NCBI GenBank assembly: GCA_002269645.1
Contig: NIVC01000286.1
Location: 1 to 64,000 of the forward strand
Source of the DNA: Macrostomum lignano
Taxonomy: Eukaryota
Length of the DNA: 64,000 bases
Reading direction: 5' to 3'
Made by a program: the position numbers and the translations under genes. This document shows, one piece after another, positions 47,395 to 64,000 of this stretch. Positions within the stretch are counted from its first letter, which is position 1; every line of letters starts with the position of its first letter. The notes below the pieces were generated by a model. The model had not been told where the DNA came from. It saw nothing but the letters and a program-made list of their open reading frames with translations, and made no database searches.

Positions 47395-47514
47395 AATATT
47401 CTCTGACTTAGTTACCCTTTTTAAAAAAATAATGAATTCATTGTAAGTGGATAGCGAATTTGGATTGGGGAGAGAGCACATGTAGGGTATTACATGTAGG
47501 GTAGGGTATTTGGA

Positions 47515-48280
47515 TAGGGGTAGAGAGCGGATAAGAATGGGGAGAGAGCGGATAAGAATGGGGAGAGAGCGGATAAGAATGGAGAGAGCGGATAAGAATG
47601 GGTAGAGAGCGGATAAGAATGGTGAGAGAGCGGATAAGAATGGGTAGAGAGCGGATAAGAATGGTGAGAGGGCGGATAAGAATGGGGAGAGAGCGGATAA
47701 GAATGGGTAGAGAGCGGATAAGAATGGAGAGAGAGCTGATAAGAATGGAGAGAGAGCGGATAAGAATGGGTAGAGAGCAGATAAGAATGGATAGAGAGCG
47801 GATAAGAATGGAGAGAGAGCGGAAAAGAATAGGGAGAGAGCGGATAAGAATGGGTAGAGAGCGGATAAGAATGGAGAGAGCGGATAAGAATGGGGAGAGA
47901 GCGGATAAGAATGGGGAGAGAGCGGATAAGAATGGTGAGAGCGGATAAGAATGGGTAGAGAGCAGATAAGAATGGATAGAGAGCGGATAAGAATGGAGAG
48001 AGAGCGGAAAAGAATAGGGAGAGAGCGGATAAGAATGGGTAGAGAGCGGATAAGAATGGAGAGAGCGGATAAGAATGGTGAGAGAGCGGATAAGAATGGA
48101 GAGAGCGGATAAGAATGGGTAGAGAGCGGATAAGAATGGGTAGAGAGCGGATAAGAATGGTGAGAGGGCGGATAAGAATGGGGAGAGAGCGGATAAGAAT
48201 GGATAGAGAGCGGAAAAGAATGGAGAGAGAGCGGAAAAGAATAGGGAGAGAGCGGATAAGAATGGGTAGAGAGCGGATAA
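47515..48280. repeat. 21-bp minisatellite GAGAGAGCGGATAAGAATGGG
   Basis: About 36 units just downstream of bZIP paralog 1. Confidence 0.95.
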
Positions 48281-48984
48281 AAAGAACAGGAAGCATTTGA
48301 GCAACTTGACTTTGTAAATGTGTATAATCTCAACCCTTGACAGTGGTAGCATTTGAAGTACTCGTAATTGATGCTCTTAACTAAAAGCTTAGTTACAGCT
48401 AATTAAGCTGTAAGTCTAAAAATTGTATCTTGTCAGCTGTTCTTTCACTTACTGTTTGTAATTAACCCTTACCTCTTTATGCATGGTTTTGACTTTTATC
48501 GCCGCATTCTGTTTTTATTCCTATTGGCTTATTGCATTAGCTCAAACAAAATTTATTGCGAGTCAGTGAAAATATGGTGCTGAAATTGAAATAAATACTG
48601 TTTCAAAGCAATCGCGGTGCATTTTGTGGACGTTTGCATTGTTTTAAATTCTCTTTTAAAAATTGATATTTTTAGGAGAGTTCTAGGTTTCGTGCGATTC
48701 ACAAGCCATGAGGGTAAACCCCCAAGGCACGGATAGTACATGCCTGACGATAAGAAAGTCAAAGGGCCGCTGCTGTGTACACCCTGTTTATTCAGCAGAA
48801 TGGGCAATCCCCGCTGTCCTTCGAAAAATATTGTTTATAATAGATATAAGTAGAAGATATGCCGGATACCAAGGGCTACCAATAGATAGGGTCTTAAGAG
48901 GTTGTCATTTTTTCAGCACAAAAATTGTTATTGATTTTAATAGTAGGCAGACCCAATGTTTATCTTTAACCCAATGTTAAAGCT

Positions 48985-49566
48985 ATTTTTGGTTTAATGT
49001 GTACTTTTAGGTTTAATGTGTACTTTACGCTGCTTTTTCCACCTGACAGCGTACTTTGTTGTTGTTGTTAGGTTTAATGTGTACTTTTAAGGTTTAATGT
49101 GTACTTTTAGGTTTAATGTGTACTTTTAGGTTTAATCTGTACTTTTAGGTTTAATCTGTACTTTTAGGTTTAATTTGTACTTTTATTTCAACTGTACTTT
49201 TATTTCAACTGTACTTTTAGGTTCCATGTGTACTTTTATTTCAACTGTACTTTTAGGTTCCATGTGTACTTTTTTTCAACTGTACTTTTAGGTTCCATGT
49301 TGTGAAGTCTAGGTTTGCGTGCCGAGAAAGGTGGCCTTGTGTGGCTTTGTTTGCTCAATATATTTATTAGTCAATATTGGGGTGGGGATGAAGCGATGCG
49401 TAATTGGTCGAGAATTGGAAAAAAGTTCATGCAGTTTATACATGCGAGAGAAGTGAGTCATGAATAATGTGGGGCAGAGAGTGTAGCGCACGGCCTACAC
49501 ATGTGTACTTTATTTCAACTGTACTTTTATGTTCCATGTGTACTTTTATTTCAAACGTGTACTTTC
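48985..49566. repeat. 18-19-bp minisatellite TGTACTTTTAGGTTTAATG / TGTACTTTTATTTCAAC, interrupted at about 49300-49500
   Basis: Direct inspection; same family resumes after the DHHC gene. Confidence 0.85.
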
Positions 49567-49764
49567 GATATGTCGTGCCTTTCTTTTAGCTCTATTGATA
49601 TTAATAGGGCCTCATATTCATAGAACATGGCTAAAAGTCATAAAAATGGCATGGCTGGACTCATTGGTTTTGTAAACCTTTTTTCATTCTCAGCTGAATG
49701 TATTTTTTTGGTAAAACTTGCCTCCTAAAATATTTTCCAAGAACACGAATCAGTAATTATTGAT

Positions 49765-50655
49765 GTGACTACAAGCCATATCTCGCATATCAATTCCAGC
49801 TTCAGAGAGCCCACAAGGATGAAAATATCGCTGCGACAATGCATCGAACTGGCCTCGTGTGTGTTTGCCATATTCTCCATACCCTACATGTGCCTGCTGC
49901 AGCTGTTGCACATATTGCCGCACTATCACAATACTAGCGAGCCAGTTTATTGGCTGCACGTAATTGCCGGCGTTTTCTTACTAATAAATGTGTGCGCTAA
50001 TTTCTATAAGCTGTATAGTATCGATGCTTCAATGCGAGGTAGGCTAGTGGAGTCCAGCGAGATTGGGCAAGCTTGGAGATTCTGTCACGCTTGCGAGTGC
50101 CATTGTCCGCCTAGAAGCTATCACTGCGACGTGTGCAATATCTGCGTATTGAAACGCGATCATCACTGCCTGTTCGCTGTTAATTGTGTCGGCTTAGCTA
50201 ATCAGCGTTATTATCTACTGACAGTAGTGTATTTTGCTATGGCCGCAATTTATGCCGCTGTGTTCAATTGGCGATTTGTATTAGACGCCCACGAGGGCCT
50301 GTCGCTTAAATCGGCTTTCCAACTGACTGTACCGTTCATGTCAATGATGTTCGGCGTCAGCAGTCTGTACCAGTTCTGTCTGGCCATCACTCAGATTATT
50401 TGCATATTTGGCGGCGGCTTATTGTGGCTGCTATTCGGTTTGCACCTTCGCTTGCTGTTGGTTAATCAGACTGTGCACGAGCGAGCTAAGATGATTTGCG
50501 ATTATAACATGGGCTGGCGGCAGAATGTTATGCAGGTGTTCGGGCCTCGCTACCTGCTTGCTTTTGTTTGGCCATTTACCGTATCCCGGCTGCCGCTTGA
50601 CGGATTCAAATTTCCTATAGCTGGCGGCGGGGAGGCGCCTAGAAAAACTTTATGA
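49765..50655 (+). CDS. DHHC-type palmitoyltransferase (ZDHHC24-like), intronless CDS, 296 aa
   Basis: Complete cysteine-rich domain CHACECHCPPRSYHCDVCNICVLKRDHHCLFAVNCVG, with two TM segments before and two after, followed by NQTVHE and YNMGWRQNVMQVFG. Subfamily call is from remembered similarity. Confidence 0.92.
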   Translation: MTTSHISHINSSFREPTRMKISLRQCIELASCVFAIFSIPYMCLLQLLHILPHYHNTSEPVYWLHVIAGVFLLINVCANFYKLYSIDASMRGRLVESSEIGQAWRFCHACECHCPPRSYHCDVCNICVLKRDHHCLFAVNCVGLANQRYYLLTVVYFAMAAIYAAVFNWRFVLDAHEGLSLKSAFQLTVPFMSMMFGVSSLYQFCLAITQIICIFGGGLLWLLFGLHLRLLLVNQTVHERAKMICDYNMGWRQNVMQVFGPRYLLAFVWPFTVSRLPLDGFKFPIAGGGEAPRKTL

Positions 50656-50664
50656 ATTAAAGTG

Positions 50665-50845
50665 CAATGTGTACTTTTATTCAAACGTGTGCTTTTATTT
50701 CAAATGCGTACTTTTAGTTTGAGGGTGTACTTTTTAGCCGTGCACTTATAGGTTTAATGTGTACTTTTATTTATACTGGACTTTTAAGTTCCGTATGTAC
50801 TTTTATTCAACTGTACTTTTAGATACCATGTGTACTTTTAGGTTA
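50665..50845. repeat. Same TGTACTTTT minisatellite, downstream of the DHHC gene
   Basis: Starts about 10 bp after the DHHC stop codon. Confidence 0.8.
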
Positions 50846-51015
50846 GGCTTGTAAATTTATAAATGCTGTGTACAAAACGCGAAGTGTTTGGTTCGACCTA
50901 GTCTCTTGAACTGTTAATTTAAAGCTAAACGAAGGGTTTCCATAGTAAATACTATACCTTTTTACGTTCTATTTGATAAAAACTGCAACCAATTTGGCCA
51001 CGGCTCAGCCTGACC

Positions 51016-51626
51016 ATAGACATAGAATTTTCCATAGACAGCCACCGCTAGCGGCAACCAATTTGGTAAAAACTGCGAGCTATTTTGCCAGCTTGAAGAT
51101 AGCAGCTGCTCTGATGGCGAATCGTGGGCCGTACCAAAAGATAAGTCAGCTGGATCGAGACCGAATCGTGAGAGCGTACAGGAGTGGTGAGTCTGACCAC
51201 TATCAGTCGTGCTCTCTCATCATCAACCCGGCGGAGTACGCAGGCTCAGCGCTGAAGGCCAAGCTGAAAACGCAATTGCAATCACCTGCCATTCAGCGCG
51301 AGGTGGCAGATACTGGACTGGCTGCTGCAGCAGGTGCGACACTGCATCAGCACAGGATGCGCATTCTGAAGAGAGAAGTGCAGCAAGCACTGAACTGCAT
51401 CACGCCTCTCAAGTGCCTGCGCTGGATCAACCATTCCCAGACGTACTTCAATCGGTGCTTGAATGCTGAGGACATAATGTTCTGACTTCGTGCATGTATT
51501 GTTAACATTCTTTATCGTTATTGTTATGAGCTATTGAGCTGCCATCTTCAAGCTGGCGGAATAGCTCGCAGTTTTTGCCAAATTGGTTGCCGCTAGCGGT
51601 GGCTGTCTATGGTCAGTCTATGTCTA
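51016..51626 (+). mobile_element. Non-autonomous IS630-Tc1-mariner deletion derivative with long TIRs
   Basis: 76-bp inverted repeats at 51032-51107 and 51537-51612, extending outward to TAGACATAGA / TCTATGTCTA. Internal ORF from ATG 51114 joins a transposase-like start (MANRGPYQKISQLDRDRIV) to a transposase-like end (INPAEYAGSALKAKLK...ITPLKCLRWINHSQTYFNRCL). Confidence 0.75.
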
Positions 51627-52329
51627 CTTGTCAGTGAAGTTTCACCCAAGACGAAGTTTAACGAAGCAGTGACATACGAGCTAAGTTATCGACATCTTAA
51701 TTAAACTATGAATTGCAAAAAATATGATGAATCTTAAATTAAATAGTTCGAAGAAAATTGATAGGAAACCAAAAGGAAAGTTGATTCGTCATGGACAACT
51801 GAGGATAGGACTACTAATAGAATTTTTTACTTTGCAATTTTATACTGACAAATAGTTTGTTAAAATCATTCTCTGCCTTCATCTTGCTGTTTTTTATCTT
51901 GTTCTATCAGTTTTACCGTCCTTAATTGATACTGTTTTGCATTCTTTACTGTGCCATATTGTTAGTTGACGTAGTTTAAGTTTGCTCTACTGTTAAATGT
52001 TTTCAATAGAAATTGAAAATTTGAGTATATTAGTAATTGTGCAATTGTTTTGCTTGCTAGTGCGTTCAATTCAAAATGTGTAATTGCTGATTTTTTAGAC
52101 CAGTATATTTAACAATTTCTACTGCCTGTGTTAATATAATTTTGCCTGATTTGTATTAGATTTATACATGCTAAAATTGCTTAATCTAGTGAAATTGTGT
52201 TTAAATCGTTCCTTTTTTGCTATGAAATAATTTGATTTTTTTGTTTTTTTGTCAAATCTTGAATGCATGCTCATAATATTCTAATTAAAGGGTTGCAACC
52301 CTAAAGAGGCGCCAATATTTCATGTCTCA

Positions 52330-52690
52330 ATGGGCGCCCCTGTGTCGTAGTGGGCGCCACTGTCTCATGGAGAGCTTTCTTGTCTCCTGATGGGCGTCTC
52401 TGTCCCCCATGGTAGGCACCCCTGTCTCTTGGCGGACACCCCTGTCTCTTCGTTGGCGCCCCTGTCTCTTGGTTGGCGCCCCCGTCTCTTGGTGGGCGCC
52501 CCTGTCTTTTGGTTGGCGCCCCTGTCTCTTGGTTGGCGCCCCTGTCTCTTGGTTGGCGCCCCTGTCTCTTGGTTGGCGCCCTGTCTCTTCTTTGGCGCCC
52601 CTGTCTCTTCGTTGGCGCCCCTGTCTCTTCGTTGGCGCCCCCGTCTCTTCGTTGGCGCCCCTGTCTCTTCGTGGACGCCCCTGTCTCTTA
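52330..52690. repeat. 20-bp minisatellite GGCGCCCCTGTCTCTTGGTT
   Basis: Same unit and same GCCAATATTT lead-in as the array in the MITE at 59662-60527. Confidence 0.92.
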
Positions 52691-52944
52691 GGCCTTTGGA
52701 TGCCCCACCCAAGAGTTGCAAAAGTTGAGTTCCTGTCATTCGTCGATCTTGGTTGCCCGTCTTTCATTTAGTCAATATTTTGGGGGCGATAAGGGAGAAG
52801 AAAGAAGCTCCTCACCCCCTCTGTGCGTAGACAGATCCTGTTTGTATATTTACTCTCTTACTTGACAATTAACTTATATGGCTCTTTTCAGCTCAATCTT
52901 AACTACTGAGATACTCTACTAATAGTACTGTTTATATTGAGAGA

Positions 52945-54219
<1,275 letters not shown>

Positions 54220-54369
54220 ACTCGATCGGGATCAAGGAGAGATTGAGTGGCTGTAAGGAGTGAAATATGGAACTTAAGATCGAAAGACAAATCTTTCATT
54301 GCTTTCTACCCTTAACCTCCCTTAAGAATGGGCCTTGGAACCTATCTGAAATTCCCTTAAGTTCCCTCC

Positions 54370-54800
54370 AAAATTGCTTTTAAATCTCCGTCTAGAATCG
54401 CCCCCAAATCCCTATGTAGAATTGCGCTCAAATCCCCTGTAGAATCATCGCCTTAAGTCTCCTGTAGAAACGCCCCCAAATCCCCCTTTAGAATAGCCCT
54501 CGAATCCCCTGTAGAATCGCCCAAATCCCCTCTAGAATCGCCTTCAAATCCTCCTTTAGAATAGCCATCAAGTCTCCAGTAGAATCGCCCTCGAATCCCC
54601 TGTAGAATCGCCTTCAAATCCTCCTTTAGAATAGCCATCAAGTCTCCAGTAGAATCGCCCTCGAATCCCCTGTTGAATCGCCTTCAAATCCTCCTTTAGA
54701 ATCGCTCTCAAATCCTCCTTTAGAATAGCCTTCAACTCTCCTTAGAATCGCCCTCGAATCCCCTGTAGAATCGCCCAAATCCCCTTTCAGATTCGCCCCC
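54370..54800. repeat. Minisatellite TAGAATCGCCCTCGAATCCCCTG-type
   Basis: Degenerate units of about 23 bp. Confidence 0.85.
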
Positions 54801-56007
54801 CAAACCCCCACTACTGTAGAATCTAGGAGTTCGTCTCGAGTCTAGCTTGAAGCATCACCATACCATTCACTGTTTTCTAATTCATAAAACCTTAAATTAG
54901 CAATCATGCAATATATCAAAAATTTATACCAGTAAATCGTTATTTTGTTAAATTTTTCTCACGTTTTGTTTTCAAAGTGTAATTTTCTACCAGAAACTGT
55001 CTTACAATGATAGGCCAAACTGTTTAACACGTGTCTGTCGATACCGTATTGTGATTTCGTATTACGCTGATGTGTGTTGTGCTACGCAGTTAAATAAAAT
55101 CCAATTATAATGCGTACCTGTGTTCAAAAGTTCCATATAATCGGCTTATGCTCAATCGAAATGCATTTTTAGTGCTTTGTGGGTATTCTTGACCTATTTT
55201 TTTGTTTTGTTCTGCGGTGAAAATTCCGGTGCTGTTATCTATAATAAATTACCCTATTCTAATAAAAACCGTGCCGATGCTACCTCTTCCATATTTGCTT
55301 ACTTGTGTGTGTGACGTATTTTCATTTTAACAAAAATTGATTGGCTTTGCTCTTTATTATCGACTTTAATTTCATCGAAATCTGCAAATTACCTAAAAAT
55401 CTCCAATTGTATTTCTATCATCGTCCTGACCCAGCATTTCAAACTATTAAATCAGTTTTCTATGAGGAATTTCAGATTTCCCTCTCATTTACTCAATGGA
55501 AGTAGTTGAGTTGCAGATTGTAGGGTTTGCGTGGAAGCCGGTTTTCGCTGCTAAGTGCATGAACAAAATAGAATTTTTTAGCACTAAACAAACCATTTTT
55601 ACCATATAGGAAATTTCTATTCATGTGGAAGCCACAATGTTTCACATTTCGGACTTCCAATCGGAACCATACTTAATGCAGCAAATGAAGTTGCGAAATG
55701 TCAGTGTCAGAGGATACTAAGCTTCTGAAATCACGAAAGCATGCAAATGTAAGAAAGTATAACAATTTCTTTTAAGAAACAACAGCTGGTAAAAAATCAA
55801 GCTGGTAAGAAGTTTAAAAAGTAAACTTAAAACTAATAGCTTAAAATAGTTTTTTACAAAACTATTTGTAAAAAAATTGATAATTACAGTTTATTTAAGT
55901 TCCTTTTTATAGGAAAAGAAATGGAACTTTATATTTGCCGTTCGTCGGACGTCGGCGTCAATTATTCATTTTATTCTCTGCTTTTAGGTCTAGCCTTTAG
56001 CTTAGGG

Positions 56008-56353
56008 GAGTTTAAGTTTAGTGGTTAGAGCGTTGAACTCACGAAATGAAGGACGGGGTTCGATTCCCGATTCCATCGAGTCCGGAAGAAATTGTGTCCT
56101 TCTTGAGCAACACAACTCTGCATTGCTTCAGTTTACCCAGCTGTAAAATAAAATGGGTGCCAGGCACTGCCAGCATTAGCTGGGGACGGGGTAACTGAGG
56201 GTGAGTGTGGTGACCCGCCCAGTCCTATGACTGAACAGTCGTATGGAGCCTTCAGATGCACTGCACATTAGCTGCCGCTGAGCTGTCACTGTTAGTTGCA
56301 GTGTTGCATATCTGGCCTCATTGACATTGGGGCAGGTGTAATCAATTATTATT
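56008..56353 (+). mobile_element. tRNA-derived SINE with CORE-like central domain, near full length
   Basis: A-box-like TAGTGGTTAGAGCG (56019-56032), B-box GGTTCGATTCCC (56057-56068), central GCTTCAGTTTACCCAGCTGTAAAAT...GGG, 3' end GGTGTAATCAATTATTATT shared with two other copies. Confidence 0.8.
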
Positions 56354-56656
56354 TGGCCGATTCTTTTTTTAGTTTTAGTTCCAAACATCAGTTGTCTCAT
56401 GCAAAAATCATTTACTGATATTACATAGGCCTAATTACACAATTTTGGAAGCATAGTCATTCGAAATCAAAACTGGACTAGGCCTATTTATATAGTTAAG
56501 AAGGCTAGCCCAAATTTTAATGTTACATTACACTCTTCTCTTCATTTATTCAAATTTAGTGTGTAGATAGTCAACCATGCAAAAGCAGAGGATTGTCAAA
56601 GTTGGATAGAATTTTTTATTTTGTATAAAGTTCTAACCTAGGCCTATATATCTTTC

Positions 56657-56836
56657 ATACATGCGCAACCTTGGGTCTTGGGAATCACTCAGCCATTTCT
56701 TTTGGCAATACATACATGTAAGTTGCTATTGGCTGAGAGCAGTCATGTGACTACTATTCTGTCCAATAGTGACTTACATGTATGTGTGTTGCCAATAGAA
56801 ATGGCTGGGTGAATCCCTAGGTTGTGCCCAAGCATG
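56657..56836. mobile_element. Hairpin MITE, copy 1
   Basis: About 60-bp arms (GGGAATCACTCAGCCATTTC...CTATTGG and CCAATAG...GAAATGGCTGGGTGAATCCC) around a 30-nt spacer. Confidence 0.75.
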
Positions 56837-57052
56837 ATAACTTTTGTCAACACATTTTAAAACACATTTTCCAACACTTTACAACATTTCAAGTGTTGTA
56901 AAGCTTAATTAAAGTTATACAGGTATTTTTCCATAGTCATAGGGCCTAGCCATAAGAGTAGTTATCTACTATAGATATATTTATAGCTACCATAGCCATC
57001 TATTTTATTATATTTGCTAGGGCCTATAGGATCCCATAGTTATAGCTATAGC

Positions 57053-57224
57053 CATACATGCGCAACCTTGGGAATCACCCGGCCGTTTCTATTGGCAACA
57101 CACACATGTAAGTCTCTATTGGCTGAGAGCAGTCACGTGACTACTATTCTGTCCAGTAGCAACATACATGTGTGTGTTGCCAATAGAAATGGCCAAGTGA
57201 ATTCTAAGGTTGCGCCCAAGCATG
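57053..57224. mobile_element. Hairpin MITE, copy 2
   Basis: 63-bp arms at about 57060-57122 and 57153-57215, roughly 10 mismatches; same family and orientation as 56657-56836. Confidence 0.75.
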
Positions 57225-59079
57225 GCTTTAGCTATGGTAGAACACTACTAGTAATTGTAGAAAAGTTTAGTATATTATTTAAAAAAAACTGATTTAATAT
57301 CATAAATTTTGAAATAACTTTACTATAGCAATGGATTGTTTAGACTTTAGGCCTAGAGTAATCTATACAAATGTGACATATTTCAATGCTTTTGAACATT
57401 GCGCTGCAAGCTTGAACATGCTTAGTTAAGAATTGTATATTATTAATTGTGCTAAAAAGTTATATTTCCTATTTTTATGTTGTATGTACATTAGCTAAAG
57501 CATTTGCATACCAGATATATGCCAGTTAAAGCATTTGTATATTGTAATTTTCTGGCATATATAAGGCCTATGACATGTATAATAGCCACTTTGGTAACAA
57601 ATGATAACCAAATTGGTGAGAGCCACCTTAGTAAATCTCTAATTTAGCAACTTGAAATAATAGCAGATCTACTTTTCCAATACATCGAAAGTCTCTTGCC
57701 TATTTTTTGCCTTCAATTTTTTTATAAAGTTAATGCATTAAATTAGAATCAAAATTAAATCACATGGCAATTAAATATTTAAAATGTTTATTATCAAACT
57801 GATAGTTGCTAAAGTTAAGTACTATAAATATATTGTGTTGACATTTGTAAATCTCTTGTATTATCTAAATGGCTTTTTTTGTTATCAAAGTAGCAATTAC
57901 TAAAGTGGATTATATTCCTTTTGAGGTGCATCTTTTTAGTTTTGCTCCATTTGAAATGAATTCATTATTTATGCAAGTAACAAACTAAGATTTACTGATA
58001 GAAGACAATTATACAAAAAAATACTTTAAAATTTAAAAACTTTTTATTTGTTGAAAATTTAAGAAAAAAAGATTGTTTATTTTCATTATTCCATCCTTTT
58101 TCCATGTTGACAGTACAAGCTATTGTATGTAGCTTATCTTAAATAAAGTTACTTTAATATTTTTGTAGATCCTAACCATATATGTAAGCCAAAAAATTTC
58201 TACTGTATTTTATGTCAGGATTTATGTTGAAAAATGGCAAGTACCCTTGTTATATACTAGGAAATCCTAGTATATATATTGCCTTCTAGACTATGTAGCC
58301 TATTATATGAGTCTGCCTAATGATTTTTTAATAAAACTATTAAACTTTATATATTTATAGTATTTTTGAAAACAATTTGTTAAACTTAACTTATGTGCCA
58401 TATAGTCATATATGCCCAACCTTAAAATTTCACCCATCCAGTGCAACTTAGTTTTATCCAGATTTGCGACTTAGTTCCTCCTAATTGCGACTTAGTTTCC
58501 CTGATTGCAACTTAATTTTCACTTTATATATGACTTTTCTTGTCTTTTTCTCTTTTCTTTTTCTCTTTTTCTCTCCTCTTTCCCCTCTATCTTTTCTCAC
58601 TCCTTTCTTTTCCTTTTCTCTTCCCCCATTGTTTCATTTTTCACATTTTCAATTTTGCGACTTACCTTGGCTGGCAGCCATTTTACCAATCCAGTTTGGA
58701 TGGGTTGGATGGGTGTTGGGCATGTTTGCATATAGTACATGCTATATACCAAAATCCAAGCATATCTGCCATATACTAGTATCAAAAATATGCATCAGAA
58801 ATTTCTGGCATATATGACATGATCTTGAATGGAGGTTTTTTACATATCTAGACCTAATCTTTGAATTATATGTAAGTCCTAAAATCATGGATAATAGGCT
58901 TATTGATATCAGTATATTTGCCATTTAGTGTTCATATATAGTTTTAGTCTACTTGTTTATTGTTATATCTTGCAATCAAATTAAACTAATGACAAAATAT
59001 TCACTTCATTCCATACGTTTTCAGATAAAATTTGACAGCTTTATTCACTATTGTCTAACACTATTTTCAACTTGCAGCA

Positions 59080-61980
<2,901 letters not shown>

Positions 61981-61999
61981 GTGAGTGCCCGGCTGTATC

Positions 62000-62157
62000 T
62001 GTGTCTGTCTGTCTGTCTGTGTGTCTGTCTTAGTATCTGCTGTCTGTCTGGCTGTCTGTTTATGCCTGTCTATCGTTCTGTCTGTCTTAGTGTCTGCTGT
62101 CTGTCTGTCTGTCTGTGTATCTGTCTGTCTGTCCGTCTGTCTGTCTGTCTGTCTGTG

Positions 62158-62224
<67 letters not shown>

Positions 62225-62349
62225 GTGTCTGTCTTAGTATCTGCTGTCTGTCTGGCTGTCTGTTTATGCCTGTCTATCGTTCTGTCTGTCTTAGTGTCTG
62301 CTGTCTGTCTGTCTGTCTGTGTATCTGTCTGTCTGTCTGTCTGTCTGTG

Positions 62350-62420
<71 letters not shown>

Positions 62421-62460
62421 CCGTCTGTCTGTCTAACCATCTATCCATCTATCTGTCTGT
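62000..62460. repeat. (TCTG)n microsatellite downstream of prominin exon 3
   Basis: Direct inspection; includes an internal duplicated interrupted block. Confidence 0.97.
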
Positions 62461-62959
62461 ATAACTATCTATCAGTATTTTGAGCACAGTTTCTGAATTC
62501 GCTACACTAGAAGCAAGTGGATTGAGTAGCATTGCACCAACCTCGCCCTCCATGTTATTGCGATTCTATAAGCTAATAATTTTAATGGCTGCAGTTGAAC
62601 TTGCTTGGCTCGGTTCGCCAGCGCTACACAGTTGGTCTCTGTTATATTCCTGTAGGTGCAGACCATTGATTTTTAAGCAGCGCGTCTTGTCCTACTGTGC
62701 GTACCTTCCTGCCCCACCCTCTGAAGTTTTCCCTGCCTCTCTGCCTGCCCGTCTGTCTGCCTGGACCAAATTTTCCAATTCACAAGACAGTCGGGTCTTC
62801 GCTCAACCCGCTCCCAAACTCGCCGCTTGTCGATCGGGTCCGGCCTCACTGCCTCAGTCCTCGTTTCCTCCAACCCCTACACCCACTCCTGACCCCACTC
62901 TCTGCTACACACAGTATGCTCACGTTCCCACAGGCGTTGCAGAAAGACTGCATGGAAAT

Positions 62960-63186
<227 letters not shown>

Positions 63187-63769
63187 GATCCTTCTAGACA
63201 TTATAAACAACGCCTTACATGAAGCATTCCGCTTCATTCAATTGCTAGCTGCACACATTTTATACTGCTTTACTGCGCTGATGTATTTCACTGTAAAATG
63301 AGCTTTAAATTAGCTAACTGGTACATCGAAAAGCACGTATTTTATATTTAGCTACAGTGAAGATCAGAGAAAAGATTGTTTTAAAATCTTATATTTTGCT
63401 ACAGTGTTACAAAAATTCGTTCGAAATCTTGCACATGACTTTCGTGCCTTTCTTGGGTTGAAATTCTGTACGAGTTTGACTGAATTCTTCGATAAAATCA
63501 AAATTGCCCTCAAATTAGAATACTATTAAAGACAATTTCCTCTCAGTCATTTACAGGGCAATTTGTTTTTCTAATTTCCAGTCAAAGTAACGCTAAATCG
63601 AATTATTATCATCTATATAAATGCTACAGGTTTTTTGTTTTCGTTTCTTATTTTTCAGCTTCTTGACATTTTATGGATAGGCGTTTATATCAAAATTGAT
63701 GCCACGCGTGGAACAGTAGTAGGAAAAAGAGTTTGCGGGGCCATTAGCGCCGGCTATCGAGGGGGTGCA

Positions 63770-64000
63770 AACGACAGAGGGGGTGCCATGGCTACAGAGG
63801 GGGCGTCAACTACAGCGGGGGGCGCTAGCTACTAAGAGGGCGCCAACTACAGAGGGGCGTCAACTACAGAGGGGGCGCCAACTACAGAGGGGGCGCCAAC
63901 TACAGCGGGAGCGCCAGCTATACAGAGGGGGCGCCAACTACAGATGGGGGCGCCAACTACAGCGGGAGCGCCAGCTATACAGAGGGGGCGCCAACTACAG
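63770..64000. repeat. 19-20-bp minisatellite GGGGCGCCAACTACAGAG
   Basis: Tandem units running off the right edge. Confidence 0.9.

Noticed and set aside
56008-56075. tRNA gene
   Set aside because: A and B boxes are present but no complete cloverleaf is evident, and the sequence continues into a body shared with other copies, so it is a SINE head. The same applies to 28076-28110, 9590-9655 and the B-box-like motif near 640-660.

Overview
Eukaryotic (animal) genomic DNA with GC-rich exons in AT-rich introns that are packed with mini- and microsatellites. The style suggests a repeat-rich invertebrate such as the flatworm Macrostomum, but that is an impression, not a database result. Hand-assembled GT-AG, phase-checked gene models: an EFCAB6-like multi-EF-hand gene (minus, 11 exons visible, runs off the left edge, two apparent 1-nt frameshifts); a complete 15-exon LRRC43-like gene (minus); a 2-exon rhodopsin-class peptide GPCR (plus); a 6-exon ZC3HC1/NIPA-like gene (minus); two paralogous atypical bZIP genes (plus) on either side of an intronless DHHC palmitoyltransferase; and the 5' part of a prominin-like gene (plus). 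Mobile DNA includes an intact maT-like Tc1/mariner element with DD36D spacing nested inside an internally deleted Merlin element (8-bp TSD), a truncated mariner, a long-TIR IS630/Tc1 deletion derivative, hairpin MITEs, a satellite-carrying MITE, tRNA-derived SINEs and a probable Helitron-like element. The best leads are the bZIP pair with a broken zipper and shared unassigned C-terminal segment, the nested transposons, and two cases of reverse-complementary intronic arrays bracketing exons. No CRISPR, rRNA or convincing tRNA gene was seen.
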